DNA of 39,036 nucleotides from a virus, in IMG/VR virus record IMGVR_UViG_3300045988_121799, positions 1 to 39,036 of that record. One strand, given 5' to 3'. A program made the translations under genes and the position numbers. The notes beneath the pieces are model-generated. The model was not told the DNA's origin. It searched no databases and saw only the letters and a list, made by a program, of their open reading frames with translations. Each line of letters begins with the position of its first letter. Positions within the stretch are counted from its first letter, which is position 1. This document shows positions 1-9,145 of the stretch, one piece after another.

Positions 1-119
1 GTTTTTTTTTACTTCGCTAAAGTCTGCTTTTAGTTAATTTTATATCGTATATTACAGACCAGAGTTTACTGATTATTTTCAGCTTTGTCATTCTTCTTTA
101 GTTCCATCCATTGAGATAA
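1..119. repeat. Terminal direct repeat, copy 1 (identical to 38918..39036)
   Basis: Base-by-base comparison: g + 9 t + acttcgctaaagtctgc ... ccattgagataa is present at both window ends. Confidence 0.97.
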
Positions 120-201
120 GCTTCTGGTATTCTTTATCTGTAAGTTTTCCGCGTTCCTTTGCCTGTTCTACCATTTTCAGCCAATCGTCATGGTTATACA
201 T
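88..201 (-). CDS. Small XkdX-like protein, 37 aa (MYNHDDWLKMVEQAKERGKLTDKEYQKLISMDGTKEE)
   Basis: Hand translation; too short for the ORF track. The G-K-L-T-x-x-E-Y-x-x-L pattern resembles XkdX-family small proteins found between tail fibre and holin. Its ATG overlaps the stop of the 67-aa ORF (ATGTATAA). Upstream in-frame ATGs would allow up to 58 aa. Confidence 0.35.
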   Translation of the reverse strand: MYNHDDWLKMVEQAKERGKLTDKEYQKLISMDGTKEE

Positions 202-397
202 TTTCTTCATTTTCAGTAAAATTCTGTACATCTTCCTCTTCCTCCTCTTCAGGAATATAAACATCTGTCATCGCCGCCAGATACTGGATCGTTACTTTTT
301 GATTTTCGATTGTTTCACGCTGTTTTTCCACTTTTGCCTTGAGGATTTCCATTTCCTTTTCCTGTCTTACAGACAGGATCCTTTTTATGAAGAACAT
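194..397 (-). CDS. Hypothetical coiled-coil protein with acidic tail, 67 aa
   Basis: ORF track. AAGGAG lies 9 nt upstream of the ATG at 397. Located in the post-tail-fibre position. Confidence 0.55.
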   Translation of the reverse strand: MFFIKRILSVRQEKEMEILKAKVEKQRETIENQKVTIQYLAAMTDVYIPEEEEEEDVQNFTENEENV

Positions 398-626
398 TTT
401 TATTTGCTCCTTTCCACAGTTCTTTGTAATATTTATTCATACTTCGTAACAGCATGTATGAATTGCCTCTTGACGCATGGTTTTTCCATGATCTGTAACA
501 TTCGTCAACTTTTGACCGTTCCATTTCTCCACGCTTTGTTTTCGCTACCATAGCTTTAGTACACGCCTGCAATTGCTGATTCTGCGGCGTATCCGGGACG
601 TTTCTCTGTCCTACATTTACCGCCAT
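315..626 (-). CDS. Hypothetical protein, 103 aa
   Basis: The ATG overlaps the tail-fibre stop by 1 nt (TAATG), suggesting translational coupling. The last 83 nt overlap the 67-aa ORF, so the C-terminal extent is uncertain. Confidence 0.45.
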   Translation of the reverse strand: MAVNVGQRNVPDTPQNQQLQACTKAMVAKTKRGEMERSKVDECYRSWKNHASRGNSYMLLRSMNKYYKELWKGANKNVLHKKDPVCKTGKGNGNPQGKSGKTA

Positions 627-3016
627 TATGCTACTGTCTCCTGGGTTTTGTCTTTCTGTGCGCTCTCCGCATCCGTGGGTGCGGAGATGGTATCTGATGG
701 GGCTGCGCCGATGAACATAAGCGGGGCTGGTCTAAACGCGCCGCTGGCGTTGTTGTCGCCGACGTAGCCGATGGAGTACACAAACCCGGTGGTGTGCGCG
801 CCGGTGCGATTCGCCGAACGCAGGCGGATACTCTGATGGCTTGTTGGACTTTCAACAGCGAATGTTTTTAAAATTTCGTAGGTATGCCACCATTTGAATT
901 TTGCATCCGTCCCATTGAGTTCCTTGTAGTATTCGTGGGCTTCTCCCTCTCCTGCGGCCTGTGATTCTATGTACATCTGTTCCAGAGATATCAATGTAAC
1001 TTTATCGTATGTTATATCCTTAACCTGTTTCTTTCCGGTTGCTGTAACTGTGTTGCAGTATGTTACAACTTTTACTGGTTTAAGTACTGTCAGCAGCTCT
1101 GGAGCTATTCCACAGAGATATCCGTCAATCTGGTTTAACTGGTCTGGTGCAATGTCCCACTTGGTCTGTGCTGTCCACCATTCGCCTTTTGGTTTGTCGC
1201 TGTTCAGGTACTGTCTTATTGCACTTGTGGCATATCGGTTGTCACCATATGCCATCTGCTGGATACCGTTCAGATTTTCGTCGCCATATGTGGTCATGAC
1301 TCCCAGCAGGTTTCCTTCCTGTCCTTTGTTTACGGCGGAAACTGTTTCAAGGACTGTCTTGCCGTCTGCGGAATATATGTAAATTCTCCAGTTCTTCGGA
1401 TCTGTATCTGGGGCGCCATAGTATCCTGCAAGTTTTCCTCCTGCCGGGACATCCTTGGTTAATGTAAAATTCCAGTAATCACCTTTGTTTACATAACCGT
1501 TATTTCCCCATGTGTAGTCGAATCCAATGCAGTAGGTACCTGCTGTCATTCCCTCATCAGAAACATAAAATGCCTGCTGATGTGAGAACTGCACGCCTTT
1601 TAAATGAGCGTATACTGTCTGGAGCCACATTCCATTGACAGTAGTTCCATCCTCCAGCTCTAATCCATCCTCGAAATGACTGATTCTAAGAGGATTGTCG
1701 TATTCTTTATTTGAATTGTTCGTGTCTTTCCAGATGTTGCTGAACTTGTCTCCTACTGCATACATTTCCTTGTGGAGTTTTGATTTGATCGCAAGTGCAA
1801 CCTGCTCCCATGTTTTAGGGATGTTTGTACCTTTTACATATTCTTTCAGGAGATTTAAATCTTCCTTTAGCGAAGTAACATCAGTCTTGTTTTTCTCAAT
1901 CTGTTCTGCGCTCGCCTTGATTTTCTCCGCCTGCTCCTGCGCGGTCTGTGCTGCCTCTTCTGCCGCCGTCTCAGACGTTTTCGCGGCACTGGCGGAATCT
2001 CCTGCGGCTGTGGCTGACTTTGCCGCTTCCGTCTCCGATTCTGCGGCGCTACCTGCCGCTGTCTCCGCTGCGGTAGCCTTCTGCCCCGCGTTCTCGGCCG
2101 ACTGACTGGCTGACGTTGCCGACCCAGCTGCTTTTCCCGCCGCGGTGGTGGCCGTCTGGGCCGCTGCTGTTGCTGTGGACGCACTCTCCGACGCTGACCC
2201 GGCTGCCTGCTGTGCGGCTGAGCCTGATTTGCTCGCGGCGTCTGCGGCGGTTTTGGCAGTCTCAGCGGACTGGCTGGCGGATTCGGCTGAACCGGATGCG
2301 TTCGTGGCAGACCGCGTGGCGTTCTCAGCCAGCTGGGCGGCGGTGGTGGCGGATTCAGCCGCGGCCGTGGCGCTCTTTGCGGCCTGATCGGCAGCTGAAC
2401 TGGCGATAGCGGCGGACTCCCGGGACTGGCTGGCGGACTCGGCGGCGGCCGTGGCTGACGTTGCGGCAGCCTTTTCCGATTCTGCCGCAGACTCGGCTGA
2501 TTTCTGAGACTCCACGGCGGATTTTTCTGCCCGCGCGGCGGACTCGGATGCTGATTTTTCAGATTCTGCTGCAGCTTCAGCGGACGCTCTTGCACTCTCC
2601 ATAGCCTTATTGACCACTTCAACAGTTTCTCCGAAAGGATCTTTCTTCGGATCTTCTGGCGTTTCCGGGTCTTTCGGTTTCGGCCGGGACTGTACATGCA
2701 TTGTGATTTTATACTCCGTGTTGCCGGATTTTCCGTCTGAGATGTACAGGAACGCATAGATACTGTAATCCCGGCTTGTCCCGGCGTTCTCCAGGTATGA
2801 GTTCGGAATAGAAACCTCCGTCACTCCGTCCCTGGTCACGCCAACCTGCCGTTCCGACTCTCCACCCTTCTCCTGCAGGGAAAAATGGATTTCTATCGTA
2901 TCCGGAAGCTCCAGACCCTGGATTCTGAGAATCTGGCCGTAGTCGTACTGCCACAGGCCCAGAACTTTTGCCGTCGTATATCCCGGCTGGAACGTTGCTG
3001 CTACTATGTTTTTCAC
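626..3016 (-). CDS. Tail fibre / receptor-binding protein (BppU-like N-terminus, Ala/Ser/Glu-rich stalk, globular C-terminal domain)
   Basis: 796-aa ORF and the last large tail gene. The N-terminal ~110 aa resemble the baseplate upper protein (BppU) N domain. This is followed by ~237 aa of low-complexity helical repeats and a ~420-aa C-terminal domain. Confidence 0.8.
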   Translation of the reverse strand: MKNIVAATFQPGYTTAKVLGLWQYDYGQILRIQGLELPDTIEIHFSLQEKGGESERQVGVTRDGVTEVSIPNSYLENAGTSRDYSIYAFLYISDGKSGNTEYKITMHVQSRPKPKDPETPEDPKKDPFGETVEVVNKAMESARASAEAAAESEKSASESAARAEKSAVESQKSAESAAESEKAAATSATAAAESASQSRESAAIASSAADQAAKSATAAAESATTAAQLAENATRSATNASGSAESASQSAETAKTAADAASKSGSAAQQAAGSASESASTATAAAQTATTAAGKAAGSATSASQSAENAGQKATAAETAAGSAAESETEAAKSATAAGDSASAAKTSETAAEEAAQTAQEQAEKIKASAEQIEKNKTDVTSLKEDLNLLKEYVKGTNIPKTWEQVALAIKSKLHKEMYAVGDKFSNIWKDTNNSNKEYDNPLRISHFEDGLELEDGTTVNGMWLQTVYAHLKGVQFSHQQAFYVSDEGMTAGTYCIGFDYTWGNNGYVNKGDYWNFTLTKDVPAGGKLAGYYGAPDTDPKNWRIYIYSADGKTVLETVSAVNKGQEGNLLGVMTTYGDENLNGIQQMAYGDNRYATSAIRQYLNSDKPKGEWWTAQTKWDIAPDQLNQIDGYLCGIAPELLTVLKPVKVVTYCNTVTATGKKQVKDITYDKVTLISLEQMYIESQAAGEGEAHEYYKELNGTDAKFKWWHTYEILKTFAVESPTSHQSIRLRSANRTGAHTTGFVYSIGYVGDNNASGAFRPAPLMFIGAAPSDTISAPTDAESAQKDKTQETVA
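1886..2596 (-). repeat. Low-complexity GC-rich coding repeats (A/S/E/T/K/Q-rich stalk, ~237 aa)
   Basis: Protein segment SARASAEAAAESEKSASESAARAEKS ... EQAEKIKASAEQIEKNK. It generates long spurious ORFs in other frames. Confidence 0.8.
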
Positions 3017-3035
3017 CTGTCAGTCCTCCTTCTTT

Positions 3036-5648
3036 CTATGAAATCTTCAAGGAATCAATCTCTGATCTTAAAGCTTTGACCTCTTCCTTTAACAGTTCAA
3101 TTCCTTTCTGCTGATCCTGGACTACCTTTACAAGTGCCGGGAACATGGTATTGATATTCCACATCTCTGGGAGGTCATTTTCGTACTGTACGGCCTCCGG
3201 AAAGCTCTCCTGAAGCTGTTCAACAACGAAACCAATTTTCAGATCGTGATCATCAACATAATCTTTGCGGTAACGGTACTGATATACTTCTGCATCCAAA
3301 ATCTGACGGTAATCAAAATCCTTTACTTTCTCGATCTCTTCTTTGTAACGTTTTGATGAGGATGTAACACGCCAGAAATTTCCTGATCCATCAATATATA
3401 AATTTGCAGCTCTGGTTGTTTTATTGTCATACGCACCCGTAGAGTTTATGCCTCCAGTCAGGTATGCTTTTTCATCTGCATATATCTGTTTATAGAAGTG
3501 TGATACACCATGAATATTTGTTCCGCCATAGGTGTGGAAGGCACCCCAAAAATTTGTTGCGCCACCAAAATTCGCCGGAATAGTGCAATACAGCTGTTCG
3601 TCACTGCCTATTGATACTTTAAACACCAGGTCCCATTTGCCTGATGAACTATTATGCCTATGCAAGTAGTAGGCATTTGCTTCTACACTTGTCTTATACA
3701 GACCATTTTCTACGGAAAGTCCTGACACGTATTTTGCCGAGCTGTCATCTTTAAGGTATATCCATGGTCCCAGAATACGGCATTTCCCGCCATTACCCTT
3801 GCTGAGAAATTCACCATTCGGGCCTATGGCGATATTACCATCAGACGTTTTAATATTTATTCCCACCAGTTCCCCCGCGTTAATATACGACGCGTTAATA
3901 TATAACTGATACTGTCCATTCACCTTCTGCAAGCTGATTCCCTGCACTTTTCCATCGGCAAACAGTCTATTGAAAATTTCTTCCTGATTGATCGCACTTC
4001 CCACACTGTCAGCGTATGATTTTCCATTCGCAAGTGCGGCATTCGCTTTCTCATCGGCATATGACTTTCCATTCGCAAGTGCGGCATTCGCCTTTTCATT
4101 TGCCTGCGATTCTGCATATCCCCGCGTAGCAACCTGATTCCCGACTATACTGAGCGATTTTGCATTGATCCTGACCTCTCCGGTATCCACATCCGCATAC
4201 AGGATCTCATTTCCACTTCTGTCAGCAATCTTGAGCACACCGCTATTGATCCAGGAAGCGTTGACTCCTTCGACTGCCAGCAGTTTGGCCACCATCTCGC
4301 CTGTCACCTGGAACCCGAAAGGGTAGGTCTTTCCTCCATCCGTGGAAATTCCGAAGGCCTCTGCCGTAATCTTCCAGACGATATCTGATTCCTTTAAGGT
4401 CGGCTTATTATGCATGTAATAGATAGAGCTGCCATCTGCCTGCGTTTCCGTCGTGATATACAATCCGGAAGAGTTTGTCAGGACGTGAGCCAGATCTTCA
4501 ATTGCCTTTTCCCTTGCCGTCTTTTCAGCGGCTACCTGTTTCCGCAGCTTTACATAGTTTTTTGTCTGCTGTGAGAACCGGTCGGTACTGTTCCGGCTCG
4601 GCGTCTCTGCGGAACACTCCGTTTTCTGATTGTTTCCAAACTGGAAATTTGTACCTGTAACCAGGGTCTTGTAGGTACGGCCCCGCCAGTCCGTGACTTT
4701 GCATAGATCTCCCGCTTCCATGGACGGATCACTCTTATGCGTCACAGAAAGTTTCCGGAAACGGAGTCCGATTAACTTCTCCCCCAAGCTATCCGCAACC
4801 GTCCGGCCATTCTGTCCCTGGATCAGGTCATTTCCTTCTATAGACAGTATGTATCCCTCTGTCCCGGACAGGTACTCTGTTTTCACGGTTTCATCGTCCC
4901 TCTCGGTCTCCTGGATAACCTTTACACCTGTAATCACCACGTCATCCGTAGAAATAGATGACGACGTCAGATCTTCGATCTCAAAGAAGTGCCCTGTTTC
5001 ATCCTCGTAGCCTTTCAGATCATACCATCCAAGTTCCAAGGCTCCACGCACATTACAGCGGCACCACAGGCATGCAATCTGACCTACCCAGGTAAGAACC
5101 TCACGGAAGGTCAGAGCTTCATCTGTCGGTCGGGTCTGCACCACAAAGCTGTCAAGAGGGAAGCTCGTTGTCGAAAGGCTCACACCACAGACACTGCAGG
5201 CATCACGCACAATAGAGCCCAGTGTCGCCGGATAAACCAGCTTACTTTCTGAATACTTCCGGTCGAACTTTTTCATATTGTCGTAGGCCTTGACCGTAAT
5301 GGTATCGCCGGTATATTCCCCGGGATCTGCCGTAAAGACTCCTTTGTTCAGCCATTCCACCGTCTTACTCAGCTGCAGGCCGATCTTCACCGTGATCTTG
5401 GCCCCGTCAAAATTGTAGGCGTTGTACCGTTCATCTGTATTGTCAAGCTTCAATGTCAGCTGGTTGATGATAGCTGAGCCAACGTCAAAACTGTCTGTCC
5501 CAGACACATTATCTTCAATTGAAAGGCCCCAGAGACCGTCCTGATCCACAGAAAGTTTTGTGCCATCCCTGAACACTATGGACACGTCCGCACACATATT
5601 CCGGGCGCCTTTTATCACTGTTTTATATTCATTACTTGTATTGATCAT
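3036..5648 (-). CDS. Tail-associated (Tal-like) minor structural protein with C-terminal intramolecular-chaperone (peptidase S74-like) domain
   Basis: 870-aa ORF following the TMP and the small tail protein. The C-terminal ~109 aa (TSSSKRYKEEIEKV ... IGFVVEQLQESFPEAV ... coiled coil) match the pattern of the auto-cleaving tail-fibre chaperone domain. Confidence 0.75.
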   Translation of the reverse strand: MINTSNEYKTVIKGARNMCADVSIVFRDGTKLSVDQDGLWGLSIEDNVSGTDSFDVGSAIINQLTLKLDNTDERYNAYNFDGAKITVKIGLQLSKTVEWLNKGVFTADPGEYTGDTITVKAYDNMKKFDRKYSESKLVYPATLGSIVRDACSVCGVSLSTTSFPLDSFVVQTRPTDEALTFREVLTWVGQIACLWCRCNVRGALELGWYDLKGYEDETGHFFEIEDLTSSSISTDDVVITGVKVIQETERDDETVKTEYLSGTEGYILSIEGNDLIQGQNGRTVADSLGEKLIGLRFRKLSVTHKSDPSMEAGDLCKVTDWRGRTYKTLVTGTNFQFGNNQKTECSAETPSRNSTDRFSQQTKNYVKLRKQVAAEKTAREKAIEDLAHVLTNSSGLYITTETQADGSSIYYMHNKPTLKESDIVWKITAEAFGISTDGGKTYPFGFQVTGEMVAKLLAVEGVNASWINSGVLKIADRSGNEILYADVDTGEVRINAKSLSIVGNQVATRGYAESQANEKANAALANGKSYADEKANAALANGKSYADSVGSAINQEEIFNRLFADGKVQGISLQKVNGQYQLYINASYINAGELVGINIKTSDGNIAIGPNGEFLSKGNGGKCRILGPWIYLKDDSSAKYVSGLSVENGLYKTSVEANAYYLHRHNSSSGKWDLVFKVSIGSDEQLYCTIPANFGGATNFWGAFHTYGGTNIHGVSHFYKQIYADEKAYLTGGINSTGAYDNKTTRAANLYIDGSGNFWRVTSSSKRYKEEIEKVKDFDYRQILDAEVYQYRYRKDYVDDHDLKIGFVVEQLQESFPEAVQYENDLPEMWNINTMFPALVKVVQDQQKGIELLKEEVKALRSEIDSLKIS
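4008..4097 (-). repeat. Tandem 45-bp duplication encoding EKANAALANGKSYAD x2
   Basis: Two adjacent 45-nt units (4008..4052 and 4053..4097) differ at 6 positions. All 6 are synonymous third-codon positions. Confidence 0.9.
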
Positions 5649-5654
5649 CTTCCA

Positions 5655-6017
5655 TCACCTTTGAATAATATCTACCGTGGCGCTCTTATAATAGTAAGTC
5701 CCGTCCCCGATGTACCCCAGATGCTCTTTACTCAGAGTACCACGGTAGGACTCTATCGTCAGATCTGTGCCATCATCATGAAAGGAAATGGGGAAATACC
5801 CTTTTGTCAGGGTATTCTTGATCAAGAGTATTTCTGTTTCTGTCAGGATCCCCCATTTTACACTTACTGTTTTCTTCTCCGCTACCGGATCACCGACCAT
5901 TTTTCCGGAAAGGGTACGCCCGGTATCGGAAGTCCAGATGATCTCATCGTTCACGGATATGGACACCGGGGATGGTAAAACCACCGCCCCGGACCACAAT
6001 ATTTTCTTTGCCATCAT
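5655..6017 (-). CDS. Small tail component in the distal-tail-protein position, 120 aa
   Basis: Lies between the TMP and the Tal-like gene, and its start overlaps the TMP stop. No recognisable motif; the call rests on synteny alone. Confidence 0.5.
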   Translation of the reverse strand: MMAKKILWSGAVVLPSPVSISVNDEIIWTSDTGRTLSGKMVGDPVAEKKTVSVKWGILTETEILLIKNTLTKGYFPISFHDDGTDLTIESYRGTLSKEHLGYIGDGTYYYKSATVDIIQR

Positions 6018-9000
6018 CCTACCTCCACCGGATTAAAACGTGCATCTACGGCCTGTGCGGCTGACCGCTGCACCCGCGCCATCTGCTCACCGTCAACATA
6101 GAATCCCATTCCCATCAGTGCGGATACAATCCGCATCACCGCGCTGTTGATGATCTGCTCCAGCTCTGCCCGGCTTATGCCACCAGTGCCGGCTGCTTTG
6201 ACTGCTTCCATTGCCATCTCGCGGAGTTTGTCCTCAGGAGCCACGACCTCGCCCTGGTGCCGGTTATCACCGATCATGGCCAGCTGTGGGGTGTTCTTTC
6301 GTACGAAACCACCTTCAGCAAGCTGAGGGATCTGTGGAACACTGATCGTGGGCATCCAAGAGAATGGATAGTGATCAAGAATACTGATATTTTTCAAACC
6401 ACTTAAGGCACTGTTGATCCCATTAAACGGAATTGTAATTACGGAGTTAATTCCTCTGATCAGGGCGTTGATAACTGCTTTCAGCCCGTCCAAGATACCA
6501 TCCTTGATTCCCTCGAACACAGCACCACCAGATGAGAACACATCCTTGACAGCTTTCCAGGCGGCTGAGAACTCACTCTTAAACCAGTCAGAAATATTCC
6601 CAAATGCACTTTTAATACCCGACCATACGCTACCAAAGAACGTTTTTGTATTTTTAAAAGCATCCGTGACTTTCTTATAGGCTTTTGTAAAAGCAGTATC
6701 AAACCAGGTACCTACATTTTTGAAAGCATCGGTGACATTCTTATACCGGTCTTTAAACCAGGTACCTATACTTTTGAAAGCACCTGTGATCCCCTCATAC
6801 GCTTCCGTAAACTTATTCTTAAACCAAGTATTTACTGGTTCAAAAACTTTCGTGATAGCTGTCCATATTCCTTTCAGGAAGGTCACTATCGCATTCCAGG
6901 TACTTTTTAGAAAGGTTTCCACACCGCTCCAGGCAAGTTTCCAGTTCCCTGTGAAAACGCCAGTCAGGAAAGTAATGATTCCTCCAACAGCATCGATAAT
7001 GTCTGACACTGTGTCTGCAATCACTCCCAGCACATCAATAAATAAAGTGCCTATCTTTTTAATAATAGGAGCTAATGTAGGAGCAAATTTCTGCGCGCAC
7101 CATTGTAAAAATGGCTGCAAAGATTCATCCCAGACTGTTTTCACAGCATCCGCCAGTTTTCCAAACAATTCAACAAACTTGCTGAGAGCTGGCTGTACAT
7201 GTTCCGACCACATAGTTGAAAACTGATTAGCCAGCTCCTGCAGTACTGGAGCAATATAAGTGTTAAACCCATCCAATACCGTTCCAACCAGACTGCTGAT
7301 TCCTGCGGCGAAGCTGTCTACCATCGGCTTCACATGCGCGTTATAAACAGTTCCGATCTCTGCAAACGTCGTCTTTAAGGAGGTATACAGAGTATCTAAA
7401 ACCGTTTGAATTGGGGCCAAAATATTCTCAAATGCCTGTTTGATCTTATCAACGTTATTGACAATCGGTGTAATGATTACAGAGGCCACATCCCTCACAA
7501 AGGCCAGGCCTGCGATCTTTACACCCAGGAAGCCATCTGTGAAGAGACCAATCAGGTCTGCCGTGATTTGTTTCGCTGTCGGAGTCGTAAATATGTCAAA
7601 GATACCCGCCACGGCCACAGCAATATCTCCGGCAAGGTTCACAAGATCTGATGAAATATTGAAAATTGCAATGATTTTCTGTTTCAGTCCTGCGCCGTTC
7701 TGCTGTAGGTAACGCTCCAATCCACCAAACAGGTTATCCGTGATAGAAAGGCCGATGCTTACCACCGAACCCGTGATTTTACCCAGGTTCAATGCTACGG
7801 AATTGGCCAGGTTGTTGGCCGCCTGCTCCACATTTTTGTCCATAAAAATATCCAGAAGAGATTCCTTGATACTTTGAATACTCTTCTGGATAGATTTGAT
7901 TTTCTTCTCACTGTCTCCGAAACCGATCTGGAAGCCTTTCTTAAACAGAGCAGCCAGCTCCTTACACCGCTCGATCAGTGCCTGGAGGCGCTTGTCCATT
8001 TTATCGACTTCCGTGTCGCCCTGAGCCAGATTTCCAAAATCAACAGCACTTCCCAGACTGCCGCCACCACCGGAGGCCCCGCCGCCTCCAGAAGAGCCTC
8101 CTCCGGAGGAATCGGTCTGTTCTGTCAGCTTATTGATGGAATCAAACCCCATCAGGGAACGCATCTCTTTGGCTGCTTTCTTTGCGGCCTTTCCTACTCC
8201 GTTTGTAGAATCCGAAAGACCATTTGCAGCATTTGAGGCGTCCGTGAGCCCGCCGGTTGCGGTATCTGCAGCTGAGCCCAGATCGGACACCGGGGCAGAT
8301 ATGGTACTGCTTCCACTGCTCTTATTACCAGTTATCAGCTCCGTAAACGCTTTGAAGGCATTGGCCAATGTGGCAATCTTACCGATCACCACATTGACGA
8401 TCTTGATGATCGGAGTGAACAGGTTGATGAGTCCCTGTCCTACGGTAGCCATTGTGGACTGTATCTGCAGGCTCAGAATCCTACACTGGTTTGCCCAGGA
8501 ATCAGACGTCCTGGCGAAATCCCCGGTAGCTGCCGCCAGCTGGTTCTGAACGAACTGATACCGGAGAGATACCTTTTCCGCTTCTGTCATCGCAGAGGTG
8601 GTCTTTCCGAAGCCATTGGCAAGTGCATAGCTGTCCAGAGCCGTCTGGGTCATTACCACTCCAAGATCTTTCAAGGACTCTGTCTCGCCGGTAAACACGG
8701 ACTTGATTTTTGTGTAGGCCTCATCCTGACTCAGGTTATAGAAAGACGCCGCATCACCAGCCAGACCAGTCAGCGTAGTGCCCATGTCATAGGCTGCTTT
8801 CTCTGTGAATCCAAAAGCCTTTGCCATCGCCCCATAGGTACCGGTGTACCGCTTCGCCATTGTCTCCGACAATCCGAAGCTCTGAGCGGCCTTCTTGGCA
8901 AACTCGTCCACCTGGGCAGTCATATGTGGGAAGGTTACGTCCACAACGTTCTGTACTTCTGTAAGATCAGAACCAAGCTCCAGGCATTGCTTCCCAAAGT

Positions 9001-9145
9001 CTACGATCTTCTTGACCGCGAACGCACCTGCAAGAGCCGCGCCCGCTTTTCTCGCCAGATTCTGAATCCCTGCCATCTGTCTCTGGAAAGAGCCTTCATT
9101 AACAACTAGATCAAGACCAATCTGACCTATACTATCTTCTGCCAT
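6014..9145 (-). CDS. Tail tape measure protein
   Basis: 1043-aa ORF directly after the G/T chaperone genes. It is helical and Gly-rich (SSGGGSSGGGGASGGGGS) and has C-terminal tandem WF(K/D)xxF..A(F/Y)K..TDAFKN repeats typical of TMPs. Confidence 0.92.
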   Translation of the reverse strand: MAEDSIGQIGLDLVVNEGSFQRQMAGIQNLARKAGAALAGAFAVKKIVDFGKQCLELGSDLTEVQNVVDVTFPHMTAQVDEFAKKAAQSFGLSETMAKRYTGTYGAMAKAFGFTEKAAYDMGTTLTGLAGDAASFYNLSQDEAYTKIKSVFTGETESLKDLGVVMTQTALDSYALANGFGKTTSAMTEAEKVSLRYQFVQNQLAAATGDFARTSDSWANQCRILSLQIQSTMATVGQGLINLFTPIIKIVNVVIGKIATLANAFKAFTELITGNKSSGSSTISAPVSDLGSAADTATGGLTDASNAANGLSDSTNGVGKAAKKAAKEMRSLMGFDSINKLTEQTDSSGGGSSGGGGASGGGGSLGSAVDFGNLAQGDTEVDKMDKRLQALIERCKELAALFKKGFQIGFGDSEKKIKSIQKSIQSIKESLLDIFMDKNVEQAANNLANSVALNLGKITGSVVSIGLSITDNLFGGLERYLQQNGAGLKQKIIAIFNISSDLVNLAGDIAVAVAGIFDIFTTPTAKQITADLIGLFTDGFLGVKIAGLAFVRDVASVIITPIVNNVDKIKQAFENILAPIQTVLDTLYTSLKTTFAEIGTVYNAHVKPMVDSFAAGISSLVGTVLDGFNTYIAPVLQELANQFSTMWSEHVQPALSKFVELFGKLADAVKTVWDESLQPFLQWCAQKFAPTLAPIIKKIGTLFIDVLGVIADTVSDIIDAVGGIITFLTGVFTGNWKLAWSGVETFLKSTWNAIVTFLKGIWTAITKVFEPVNTWFKNKFTEAYEGITGAFKSIGTWFKDRYKNVTDAFKNVGTWFDTAFTKAYKKVTDAFKNTKTFFGSVWSGIKSAFGNISDWFKSEFSAAWKAVKDVFSSGGAVFEGIKDGILDGLKAVINALIRGINSVITIPFNGINSALSGLKNISILDHYPFSWMPTISVPQIPQLAEGGFVRKNTPQLAMIGDNRHQGEVVAPEDKLREMAMEAVKAAGTGGISRAELEQIINSAVMRIVSALMGMGFYVDGEQMARVQRSAAQAVDARFNPVEVG

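Noticed and set aside
1867-2757. 296-aa Arg/Pro-rich ORF and several 80-136-aa plus-strand ORFs (1695..2105, 2116..2409, 2145..2387) overlapping the tail-fibre gene
   Set aside because: These are alternative-frame artefacts of the GC-rich GCN/AGC/GAA repeat region. Their composition is implausible, they have no RBS, and they lie fully inside a well-supported structural gene.
626-3016. Diversity-generating retroelement targeting the tail fibre
   Set aside because: There is no reverse transcriptase gene anywhere in the genome. I saw no template/variable repeat pair matching the fibre C-terminus.
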